From the NCBI GenBank assembly GCA_947478395.1, contig CANJVR010000003.1:416001-480000 (forward strand): 64,000 nucleotides of DNA, read 5' to 3'. Below, one piece after another: positions 27,532 through 36,434 of the stretch. The position numbers and the translations under genes are program-made. The stretch's first letter is position 1. The number at the start of each line of letters is the position of its first letter. The stretch comes from Opitutia bacterium (GTDB taxonomy: Bacteria; Verrucomicrobiota; Verrucomicrobiia; Opitutales; Opitutaceae). A model generated the notes under the pieces. The model was not told the DNA's origin. It saw only the letters and a program-made list of their open reading frames with translations, and made no database searches.

Positions 27532-28676
27532 TTGGGATCGGTTTGGTCGATGACAGCGGAGACCACTTCGCCCGCGACGGCATAAAGGTGGCCCTGACGC
27601 GTGCGGCCGGCGTTGTCGGGTGGCGGATTGGGACCGGCGGACGCGGGCAGTTTCAAATCCGCGGGACCGCCGATCACGATCCACTGGTCTTCGTTCGCAA
27701 AATAGCAGACGAGGATGGCGCCGGGCGCGAGGTGAAGCTGGGTGGCGAGGGCGGCCGCGGCTTGCGCGACGGTGGTCGCGGGAACTTCGACGGAGGCCGC
27801 GTCGAGGAGTCGCACATAAATTTTTCGACCGGTGAAACGCTCCAGATTGCCGAGCCGGTTCTCCAAGTATTTCGCCTGCCATGGAGGCGGCGCATCGGCG
27901 CCGACGCCCGATAAATCCTCGAGGTGCGGTGGAGCTTTGCGCGGGGCGGCGGCGAGTCGTGCGTTGAATGCGGCCTCGTCGGTGCGAAAGGCGAGCGCGT
28001 CGGCACCGCGTCGAACAATCTTCACGGTCATCGGATCTCCCCGTACGATTTGGGCCGGCACCTCGGGGTGGCGGATCACACGGCCGAAGATGGCGTGGTT
28101 GAAATCGAGATAACGCGACGCGCCGAGCGTGATGAAAAATTGCGAGCCGTTCGAGTCAGGCCCGCCGTTGGCCATCGAGAGTACACCCGGCCCGTCGTGA
28201 CGCAGGCCGGCGGCGAATTCGTCCGGAAACTTGTAGCCGGGATCGCCGCGCCCGGTGCCGGTGGGATCTCCGCCTTGAATGGCGAAGTCCGGCACAACCC
28301 GGTGGAAAATCAGGCCGTCGTAAAACGGTTTGCGCGGGGTGGGACCGAGCGCGCCTTCGGCGAGGCCGACGAAGCTGGCCACCGTCAGCGGCATTTTTTC
28401 GAAAAACAATTCCACCGTGATCACCCCGCGCGGCGTGCCGATCTCGGCGTAGAGCCCGTCGGGCAACGGCTGGGCCGGATCGTGTTTTGCGATTTCCGCG
28501 GCTTGCGCGAGCGCCGCGGCGCGCACGGCTTCGGCCGCCTTGGCGGCAGCGAGAGCGACGGGATCAGGCGCGGCCGGTGGCGCTGGTAATCGCGGCGGCG
28601 TGGTCGCGCAGCCGGCGCCGAGTGCGATGGCTAACGTCAAGGCGAAGACGCCACGGCGAATGGAGGCCGTTTTCAT
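27528..28676 (-). CDS. Lipoprotein cyclophilin-type PPIase with TPM-like C-terminal domain
   Basis: Lipobox GAGC, FHRVVPDFAIQGGDP, LSMANGGPDSNGSQFFIT, HAIFG; paralogue of the downstream gene. Confidence 0.9.
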   Translation of the reverse strand: MKTASIRRGVFALTLAIALGAGCATTPPRLPAPPAAPDPVALAAAKAAEAVRAAALAQAAEIAKHDPAQPLPDGLYAEIGTPRGVITVELFFEKMPLTVASFVGLAEGALGPTPRKPFYDGLIFHRVVPDFAIQGGDPTGTGRGDPGYKFPDEFAAGLRHDGPGVLSMANGGPDSNGSQFFITLGASRYLDFNHAIFGRVIRHPEVPAQIVRGDPMTVKIVRRGADALAFRTDEAAFNARLAAAPRKAPPHLEDLSGVGADAPPPWQAKYLENRLGNLERFTGRKIYVRLLDAASVEVPATTVAQAAAALATQLHLAPGAILVCYFANEDQWIVIGGPADLKLPASAGPNPPPDNAGRTRQGHLYAVAGEVVSAVIDQTDPK

Positions 28677-28789
28677 TGGCGCGCGGCGTGAGGGTACCCC
28701 GCCTCCAGAAATCTCCGCCAAGGCTAGTTTCGGGTGGGTTCTCATCTGGGGGTCTCGGATCTGAGCTGAACGAACTTCCCGGGGTTCAC

Positions 28790-28814
28790 GGACCGGTCGG
28801 AGACCGGTCCTTAC
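28790..28814 (-). repeat. REP-like hairpin
   Basis: Minus strand gtaaggaccggtctccgaccggtcc (9-bp perfect arms). Confidence 0.6.
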
Positions 28815-28819
28815 TTACC

Positions 28820-29149
28820 TCACGGCAGAAACGAACAAATATATTCGCAGAGGCCGGCGCTGACCGAAATCGAGAAGCCGCTTTTGGCCGGGACATCGAA
28901 GAAAGTGCCCGCGGGATAATCCTGCGTGGTGGTCTGGCCGTCGAGCGTGACGCGGCACGCGCCGGCAACGATTTCCATGCGCTCGGCGGCGTCAGTCCCG
29001 AAATGATAAGAGCCCGGACGGATGAGCCCGAGGGTCTTTTTCACGTCGCCCGCGAACCGGACGGTGTGACTGACGACGTTGCCGTCGAAATAAACGTTGG
29101 CCTTGGTCAACACGGTGACACCGGCGAATTGGGTGGGAAGCGCGGACAT
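28820..29149 (-). CDS. ppnP: Pyrimidine/purine nucleoside phosphorylase (DUF1255)
   Basis: KANVYFDG.V.S, KTLG.I.PG.Y.FGT.AAE.M, F.VPA.S.F, EYICSF. Confidence 0.9.
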   Translation of the reverse strand: MSALPTQFAGVTVLTKANVYFDGNVVSHTVRFAGDVKKTLGLIRPGSYHFGTDAAERMEIVAGACRVTLDGQTTTQDYPAGTFFDVPAKSGFSISVSAGLCEYICSFLP

Positions 29150-29319
29150 GGTTTGGCGACGTTGAGTTTCGGTCGGGACCGAGGCAAGCGCGCGCTCATT
29201 CGGAGCGTGAGGTTCGCGCGGAGTCCGCGGAAGAATGAATTAGTTGGGGCCCGGCGATCGTGATTATCGGATCGGAGCGCCGCGGTGCCCGACCGTTTGG
29301 TCCCCGCGACGCAGAGATG

Positions 29320-29342
29320 AATGTCACCTATTAAGTGACATT
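29320..29342. repeat. AT-rich 23-bp palindrome (8-7-8)
   Basis: aatgtcac-ctattaa-gtgacatt. Confidence 0.7.
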
Positions 29343-29432
29343 AGAGCGGGGCGCGGGGCGGGGGTGGTGCTGGGTTTTTTAACGCGGGCGCGTGCGATGG
29401 AACGTGCCAAGCGGCGCTAACCAGTCGCCACG

Positions 29433-30767
29433 TTAACGTAGGTTCGGGCGCGTCAGTCGCGCGAAACGCCCCGTGAGAAAAATCGATGCGCACGCGAGCC
29501 CGGCCGCGAGGGCAGCCCAAATGCCGACGGCACCCATCGGTCCGCGCACTCCCAGCAGATATCCGCCCGGAATCGCGATCACCCAATACGCCACGAACGT
29601 GATGGCCGTGGGCCATTTCACGTCGTGCAACCCGCGGAGCGCGGCTGATCCGATGACTTGCGCGCCGTCAAAAAATTGAAACATCGCCACGACGATGAGC
29701 AACTGGGTCGCGAGGGCCACGACCGGCGCGTCGTGCACAAACCAGCTGGCCATGGTTTCGCCCATCAGGAAATAAAGGCCGACAAACAGGGACGCGAGTA
29801 GCGCGCCTAAGCCCAGCGCGCTGAAGCCGATCGGTCGTAGTCGTGCGGTCTCTCCCGCGCCGACTGCGTTGCTCACGCGCATGCCCGTGGCCATTGAAAG
29901 GCCGAGGAAAAACATGAACGTCGTTGATGCGCACGTGATGGCGATCTGATGCGCCGCCAGCGCACCCGCGCCGAGCCAGCCCATCATCACGGCCGATGCC
30001 GTAAAAGCCCCGCTTTCGAATAAAAGCATGCCTGAGGCGGGCAATCCCAGCTTCAGCATTTCCCGCAAACGTGCCGGTGACAACGGAGCCCACCACCGCA
30101 ATGGCAGGGCCGCGTGCAAAGCGCGATCGCGCTGGAGCCACAGGAAAATCACGACGACGCCGAGCGTGCGTGAAATGAGGGTCGATACTCCGGCGCCCGT
30201 GAGACCAAGCGCAGGCGCACCTAGGTGGCCATAGATGAGCACCCAATTTAGAAATGCATTCAGACCCACGCCGCCGAGCATGATGAACATCGGCGTCCAG
30301 GGCCGGCCCATCGCTTCCGAAAACTGTCGGAGTGCGAGATAAACCAGCACGGGCGTGATCGACACGCCGATGAGCAGAAAAAACGGATTCACCAACGCGA
30401 AAACTTCTGCTGGTTGATCGAATCGTTGGAGCTGAGTGCCCAGCAGTACGATCACCAGCGTTTCGAGCACGCCGAAACCGAAGGCCAGCGCTACGCCGTG
30501 GCGCAGGTATTCCCCGCACTCCGATGGCCGGTCTGCACCCCGCGCGCGTGCCACGAACACCGCGACCGGAAGCATCAAGCCGATGCCGACCACGTAAAAC
30601 ACGCCAAAGACGTTTCCCCCAAACGCCGAAGCTGCCAGCGGGACCGTGCCCGTCCGCCCAATCATCACACTGTCGGTGATACCCATCAGCATCTGGCTCA
30701 CCTGGCCGACGATGATCGGCACGGCGAGCGCGAGCGTGGGGCGGATTTCGGCCAGGGCGCGTCTCAT
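29433..30767 (-). CDS. MATE family efflux transporter (NorM-like)
   Basis: LALAVPII.GQ.SQ..MG..D..M.G, LN..LIYG..G.PALG..GAG, LAAHQIA, FQFFDGAQ. Confidence 0.92.
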   Translation of the reverse strand: MRRALAEIRPTLALAVPIIVGQVSQMLMGITDSVMIGRTGTVPLAASAFGGNVFGVFYVVGIGLMLPVAVFVARARGADRPSECGEYLRHGVALAFGFGVLETLVIVLLGTQLQRFDQPAEVFALVNPFFLLIGVSITPVLVYLALRQFSEAMGRPWTPMFIMLGGVGLNAFLNWVLIYGHLGAPALGLTGAGVSTLISRTLGVVVIFLWLQRDRALHAALPLRWWAPLSPARLREMLKLGLPASGMLLFESGAFTASAVMMGWLGAGALAAHQIAITCASTTFMFFLGLSMATGMRVSNAVGAGETARLRPIGFSALGLGALLASLFVGLYFLMGETMASWFVHDAPVVALATQLLIVVAMFQFFDGAQVIGSAALRGLHDVKWPTAITFVAYWVIAIPGGYLLGVRGPMGAVGIWAALAAGLACASIFLTGRFARLTRPNLR

Positions 30768-31037
30768 AAAAAAGAAAAGGCGCAAAGGCTGCCGCCTTGA
30801 AACACGAAACACACGCCAACAATCCCCGCGCGTGACCCCGCTGCGCCGTTTTTTCTGTTTAATCGGAACCCTCGCGCGGCCCCCGATCAGGACCGATGCA
30901 GAGTGCCGATCGATGGAGGCGAGGGGCGATTCAACAACGCAAGACCATCTGTTTCTCCAGCGACAAACCCGGGTTGAAAGATTCGCCCGAGAGAAAAATA
31001 GGGGGAGGGGGAATTCTCCCGCCGGTCGGGTCAGGCG

Positions 31038-31454
31038 TTAACGAGCCTGCCGCACGCGCACCGTATATTTTTTTGCCAGCGGGTTGGCGGCGGTGAAACG
31101 CACGGCTTCCGTCGCATCCCCGGCGAGCGTGAGCGTTTGCCACGCCGTTTCGTCGTTGGTGGGTATCCCCTGCTCATCTTTGAAAACACAATTGATCTGA
31201 ATCGAAATTTTGGCGGTCCCGCGGTTTTTCACGTTCGCCACCAACTCGAGACGTCCATCCGCGCGATTGAACGGATGCAGGCCGGTGCACGTGATCCCGT
31301 TTTGCGTGGCCTTGTCGAGCAGATCGAAATTTTCGGTGTTTTCGACTGAGTAACGCGTGCTGTCCGGAGGAGTGAATGCCGTGGGCTCCGAAGCGCAGCC
31401 GGAAAAAAATAGGCAGACGCAGGTAGCAGCTAAAACGGCGAAAGGAGCTTTCAT
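31038..31454 (-). CDS. DUF1425/YcfL-like lipoprotein
   Basis: Lipobox FSGC; DGRLE..ANVKN, F.D..G....ET.WQ.L.L, A.NP.A..Y.V.VR. Confidence 0.7.
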   Translation of the reverse strand: MKAPFAVLAATCVCLFFSGCASEPTAFTPPDSTRYSVENTENFDLLDKATQNGITCTGLHPFNRADGRLELVANVKNRGTAKISIQINCVFKDEQGIPTNDETAWQTLTLAGDATEAVRFTAANPLAKKYTVRVRQAR

Positions 31455-31606
31455 TACTTTTCGGCGGTGGAGTGAAGGTGAAAGGGAAGCGATTCGCAAT
31501 GGGCGGGGCGGATCACCTCGAAATCACGCATTAACCCCGCGGGGAGCGAGCGGGAAAATCTCGCCCATGGCGGGCGGAAGCGGCCGTCGTCCCGGCCGCG
31601 TGGTCC

Positions 31607-34600
31607 TCACTTGGTCAGCACCAGGTCGCCGGCGTTGGCCTCCACGGGGGCGTTGTTTCGCACGCGATGCGTGAGGCGATCGAGATACAGGTAGATGGTC
31701 GGCGTGATGTAGAGCGTCAGTAACTGCGAAACAATCAGGCCGCCCACGACGGCGAGACCGAGGGAACGACGCGAATCCGCTCCGGCACCGAGCCCGAGGG
31801 CGATGGGAATCGCCCCGGCCAGCGCGGCGAACGTGGTCATCATAATCGGCCGGAAGCGGACGAGGCACGCTTCGACGATCGCTTTTTCCGCGTCGAATTC
31901 CGCCCCCATCTCCCGCTCCTTCGCGATGGCAAAATCGACCATCATGATGGCGTTTTTCTTCACGATGCCGATCAGGAGAATTACGCCGACGTAGCCCATT
32001 ATGTTCAGCTCCTGCTGAAACGCGACGAGCGTGACGAGGGCGCCAAATCCCGCCGCCGGGAGGCCCGATAGAATAGTGAGGGGGTGGATGAAATCCTCGT
32101 AGAGCACGCCCAGCACGATGTAGATCACCAGCACGGCCGCGATCAGGAGGAGACCCATGCCTTGCAACGACGACGTGAATGCTTGGGCGGAGCCGACAAA
32201 ACTGTAAGTCACGGTCGCCGGCAGGTCGCGATTGGCCACATCTTGAATCGCCTTCGTGGCGTCACCCAGCGAAGCGCCGGGCCTGACGTTGAACGAAATC
32301 GTCACCGCCGGGAGTTGTCCGAGGTGGGCAACGGTGAGCGGTCCCACCGAGCGGCGCAGCGACGCCACTGAATCGAGTGGGACCAATTTGCCGCCGCGCG
32401 AACGCAGATAAAGCGCAGAGAGTGCCGACGCGTCGCGTTGAAAATCGGAGCCCACTTCCATGATCACGAAATACTGATTCGTCGGCGTATAGATGGTCGA
32501 AACTTGGCGCGTGCCAAAGGCACTGTAGAGCGTGTCCTCGATCTGTTGCGGCGTGATGCCCAGCGTGGCCGCGCGGTCGCGCTGGATATCCACCTGCAAT
32601 TGCGGGCTCGTAATCTGCAAATCGGAATTCACGTCGACCAACGCGGGCAACGCGCGAAACTTCGCCTCCATCGATTGGGCGGCTTGGTAAAGCTCGGGCA
32701 GGTCGCTACCCACGAGCGAAACTTGGTAGAGCGCCTTGGTGAGTTGTCCGCCGACGCGAATCGACGGCGGGATTTGCGGGTAGGCCTTCATCCCCGGGAT
32801 GACTGAAAGTTGCTGGCGCAATTGGGCCACGACGACTTTGTCCGAGACGCGTTCCTGGCGCGGCTTGAGTCGCAGCACGATCCGGCCGTTGTTGCTCGTC
32901 GTCGTCACGGCGCCGCTCGAGCCGATCGCCGACATATATGCTTCGACCGCCGGATGATTTCCGACGATCGCGGCGGCCGCCTGCTGGTGTCGCACCATTT
33001 CCTGAAAAGAAACATCTTGGGCCGCCTCCGTGAAAACGATCACGTTGCCCGTATCCTCGGTCGGCACGAAACCCTGCGGTAGCACTTTCACGCACACGTA
33101 AGTGAGCACGGCCATCAACACCGCGACGACGAGGACGATCGGGCGATGGCGCAGACTGGCGTGCAAGGTGCGCTCGTAGAGGCGGCGGGTACCGTTGAAA
33201 AGCCCCTCAGTCCATTGGTAGACTTTTCCGTGAGTGGCCGCGCCGTGTCCGGCGATCGGCTTGAGAAAACGGCTGCACAACATCGGCGTGAGGGTCAGGG
33301 AGACTACGCCGGAAACCAGGATCGACGCGGTGATCGTGACCGCGAACTCGTGAAGCAACCGGCCGAGGATGCCGCCCATGAACATCAGCGGGATGAACAC
33401 CGCGACGAGCGACAGCGTCATCGAGAGAATGGTGAACCCGATCTCTTTCGAGCCGAGGAGCGCCGCTTGGCGCACGGGCATGCCGCCTTCGATGTGGCGG
33501 ACGATATTTTCCAGCATCACGATGGCGTCGTCGACGACGAAGCCCACGGAGAGCGTGAGCGCCAGCAGCGAAAGATTGTCCAGCGAGTAGCCGCAGAAAT
33601 ACATCACGATGAATGTGCCGAGCAGCGCCATCGGAATGGCCGCGCCGGGAATCAGCGTGGCCGCGAGGGAGCGCAGAAACACGAAGATCACCAGGATCAC
33701 GAGCGCGATCGCGAGCAGCAGCGTGAATTGCACGTCCTCGACCGAATCGCGCACGGCCTTCGAGCGATCCATCAAAATGGAGAGCGAGATGGAGGGCGGC
33801 AGCTGCTTTTGAATCGTCGGCAGCAGCGCGATCACTTCGCGCACGACTTCGACGGTGTTAACGCCCGGCTGTTTTTGGACCGAAAGGTTGATTGCGCGGT
33901 TGGTCGTGTCTTTGGAGCCGTACCAGCTGGCGATGCGGTTGTCCTGCACGCTGTCGATGACTTCGGCGAGTTCACTCAGACGGACGGGCGCACTGTTGCG
34001 GTAAGCGACGACGATCTGGCGGAAGTCCTCGACCTTGCCGAGCTGGCCGCTCGCGAGAATTTGCAACGACTGGCGGTTGCCGTCGATGAGGCCCGTCGGA
34101 AGATTAATGTTATGCGAGCTCAGCGCGGTGCGTACCTCGTCGAGCGTGATGCCGCGACTCGCGAGCAGCCGCGGATCGAGGCGAACCCGCAAAGCGTATT
34201 TTTGCGAACCCTGCACCTGCACCTGCGAAACGCCGTTCACGGTGGAGATCCGCTGGGCGAGCGTGATCTGGGCGTATTCGTCCACCGTGGAGAGCGGCAG
34301 CGTCGCGGAGCTGAGCGTGAGAATAAGCACGGGCTGGTCCGCGGGATTCGTTTTCCGCAGCGAGGGCGGCGCGGGCATGTCGCTGGGGAGTCGGCGTTGC
34401 ACGGCGGCGATCGCGGCCTGCACGTCCTGCGCGGCCGCGTCGATGTTGCGGTCGAGCGTGAACTGCAGCGTGATCAATGTGCTGCCCGTGCTGCTCGACG
34501 AGGTCATCGAATCGACGCCGGCGATCGTGGTGAACTGTTGCTCGAGCACGGTCGCGACGGCACTGGCCATCGTCTCGGGCGTGGCGCCCGGCAGATTGGC

Positions 34601-34744
34601 GTTAACGAGGATGGTGGGGAAATCGACGTTGGGCAGATCACTCACCGGGAGCAGCCGGTAGGCGAAGGCGCCGAAGATGCACAGGGCCGCCGTCAGCAAC
34701 GTCGTCATGACGGGCCGGCGAATGCAGATTTCGGGAACGTTCAT
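31607..34744 (-). CDS. RND efflux permease, MdtB/MdtC family
   Basis: IRRPVMTTLL, LPVSDLPNVDFPTI, GFVVDDAIVMLENI, GIVKKNAIMMVDFA, RFRPIMMTT. Confidence 0.95.
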   Translation of the reverse strand: MNVPEICIRRPVMTTLLTAALCIFGAFAYRLLPVSDLPNVDFPTILVNANLPGATPETMASAVATVLEQQFTTIAGVDSMTSSSSTGSTLITLQFTLDRNIDAAAQDVQAAIAAVQRRLPSDMPAPPSLRKTNPADQPVLILTLSSATLPLSTVDEYAQITLAQRISTVNGVSQVQVQGSQKYALRVRLDPRLLASRGITLDEVRTALSSHNINLPTGLIDGNRQSLQILASGQLGKVEDFRQIVVAYRNSAPVRLSELAEVIDSVQDNRIASWYGSKDTTNRAINLSVQKQPGVNTVEVVREVIALLPTIQKQLPPSISLSILMDRSKAVRDSVEDVQFTLLLAIALVILVIFVFLRSLAATLIPGAAIPMALLGTFIVMYFCGYSLDNLSLLALTLSVGFVVDDAIVMLENIVRHIEGGMPVRQAALLGSKEIGFTILSMTLSLVAVFIPLMFMGGILGRLLHEFAVTITASILVSGVVSLTLTPMLCSRFLKPIAGHGAATHGKVYQWTEGLFNGTRRLYERTLHASLRHRPIVLVVAVLMAVLTYVCVKVLPQGFVPTEDTGNVIVFTEAAQDVSFQEMVRHQQAAAAIVGNHPAVEAYMSAIGSSGAVTTTSNNGRIVLRLKPRQERVSDKVVVAQLRQQLSVIPGMKAYPQIPPSIRVGGQLTKALYQVSLVGSDLPELYQAAQSMEAKFRALPALVDVNSDLQITSPQLQVDIQRDRAATLGITPQQIEDTLYSAFGTRQVSTIYTPTNQYFVIMEVGSDFQRDASALSALYLRSRGGKLVPLDSVASLRRSVGPLTVAHLGQLPAVTISFNVRPGASLGDATKAIQDVANRDLPATVTYSFVGSAQAFTSSLQGMGLLLIAAVLVIYIVLGVLYEDFIHPLTILSGLPAAGFGALVTLVAFQQELNIMGYVGVILLIGIVKKNAIMMVDFAIAKEREMGAEFDAEKAIVEACLVRFRPIMMTTFAALAGAIPIALGLGAGADSRRSLGLAVVGGLIVSQLLTLYITPTIYLYLDRLTHRVRNNAPVEANAGDLVLTK

Positions 34745-34754
34745 GGCGTCGTCC

Positions 34755-35942
34755 TCAGTTCTTTTTCTGATTCGCGGCCGGGCCGCCGTCGGCGGCGACG
34801 GGCGCTAAGCCGAGCGGTTTGGACTCCGCCCGGGCTCCGGGAGTGAGGCGGAGCTGGCCGTCGGTCACCACGGTTTCGCCCGCCTTCACGCCGGACGCGA
34901 TCAGAGAGACATCGCCCGTCACCCGCGCGATTTTCACGGGGCGGAGATCGACGGTGCCATCAGGTTTGAGCACGTAAATCGTCGAGCCGCTCTGACTCGT
35001 CTGGACCGCGGTGGAGGGGACTACTAGCGCGCCGAGATCCTGGCCGACCTGCATGCCTACGTTCATGAATTTTCCCGGCCAGAGCGCGTGGTCGGCGTTG
35101 GGGAAAATGGCTTTCAACGTGATCATGCCGGTGGTGGCGTCGACCGTGTTGTCGACAAACTCGAGTTTGCCGTCCTCGCGTTTCAGGCCCGAGGTGCGGT
35201 CGGTGACGGTCACCAGGGCCCGCTTGGCGTCCAGCGCCGCGCGGATTTCGGCTAGGGTTTCCTCCGGCACCGCGTAGGCGACGGCAATGGGCGCGAGCTG
35301 ATTGATCGTAACGATGGGGAACGCGTTGTCGTTGGCCTTCACGAGCGCGCCTTCGTGCAACAGGAGCTGGCCGGTGCGGCCCGTCATCGGCGCGCGGATC
35401 TGCGTGTAGCTGAGCAGAAGTTCGGCGTTAGCGACCGCCGCTTCCTTGGCTTGGACCTGAGCGCGGGTCGTGTCGCGCTTCGTCAGCAGCTGCGCGTACA
35501 GCTCTTTCGAGACAACCGCCTGCTGGTCGAGCTGCTGGTAACGTTCCGCGTCGGCGGCCGCCCGCGCGGCTTCGGCCACGGCGTTGGCCAGATCAGCGCG
35601 CGCGATACGCAGGGAATTTTCAAACGGACGCCGGTCGAGCGACACCAGCCGGTCGCCCGCGTTGACGTCGTCGCCTTCGCGGAAATGGACCTCGGCGATG
35701 ACGCCGTCGACCTGCGACTTCACGCTCACATTGCGCAGCGTCGCGACGGCTCCGATCGATTCGATCCGGCGCGGCATATCCAGTTGTTGCACGACGGCCA
35801 CTTGTACCGGCACCGCGGGTGCGGCGGTGGCTTTGGTGGGTGCAGCGGACGAAGCACCGCGGTTGCACCCGCCCAAAATCAAGGCGGCCACGAGCGAAGC
35901 GCCGGCAAAGGGAGCGAAGGAAAAGCGAACGTGAGAGATCAT
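34755..35942 (-). CDS. mdtA: RND periplasmic adaptor, MdtA family
   Basis: Lipobox LGGC, VKSQVDG, F.EG..V..GD, IRAP..GRTG, DNTVD.TTG.I.LKA.F.N....LWPG. Confidence 0.88.
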   Translation of the reverse strand: MISHVRFSFAPFAGASLVAALILGGCNRGASSAAPTKATAAPAVPVQVAVVQQLDMPRRIESIGAVATLRNVSVKSQVDGVIAEVHFREGDDVNAGDRLVSLDRRPFENSLRIARADLANAVAEAARAAADAERYQQLDQQAVVSKELYAQLLTKRDTTRAQVQAKEAAVANAELLLSYTQIRAPMTGRTGQLLLHEGALVKANDNAFPIVTINQLAPIAVAYAVPEETLAEIRAALDAKRALVTVTDRTSGLKREDGKLEFVDNTVDATTGMITLKAIFPNADHALWPGKFMNVGMQVGQDLGALVVPSTAVQTSQSGSTIYVLKPDGTVDLRPVKIARVTGDVSLIASGVKAGETVVTDGQLRLTPGARAESKPLGLAPVAADGGPAANQKKN

Positions 35943-36040
35943 GGAGGAGCGGGGGCGAACGTGGGCCGCGGGAGACGCGGCCGATACGCCAAGTAGGCTG
36001 CGTTGATACAATGAGCGATCAGCCGACGGCAAGCGGCGTC

Positions 36041-36317
36041 ATGCAGTTTCAAAGCGATCGGCTGCCGGTTTCCGTTCTTCGCCCCCGCCACCCCGCGCGT
36101 CTGCGGCTGGGCTTCACAAAGGAGACGTTTGGTTTCCCGATCGCGATCAACGCGCTCCGCGCGTTTTTTATCCCCGCCAATGAGAGTCGGCGCTTCGGAC
36201 GTTCGAATGGCGCGGGACCACGCTGGCCTTCTGCCCTGCTTCGACCGGGTCTTTGGCGCGATCTACCTGCCGAAGTGCTATCTGGCGCGTTTTGGCATCG
36301 ATGAGCCGATGGCGTAG
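36041..36317 (+). pseudogene. Sterol desaturase/fatty-acid hydroxylase remnant
   Basis: LGF...F.....NALRAFFIPAN, then in another frame HAGLLPCFDRVFGAIYLPK....RFGIDEPM*, resembling the family's FxHAN and NxAxxxPxxDxLFGT..LP...YG segments. Confidence 0.6.
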
Positions 36318-36434
36318 GGCGATTTTGGCCAGCCGGCCCAGTTGTTGCGAAAAAAATTCTGAGTGGTGGGCTAGGAGCCGCCGCTGCGGTTGCGGATTGT
36401 CACCGCGCCTCAAGCCACTAACGGTTCAACCATC

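Noticed and set aside
33146..34846. Long antisense/alternate-frame ORFs (e.g. 566 aa at 33146, 572 aa at 54103, 442 aa at 61546)
   Set aside because: Shadow ORFs of real high-GC genes with no family motifs.
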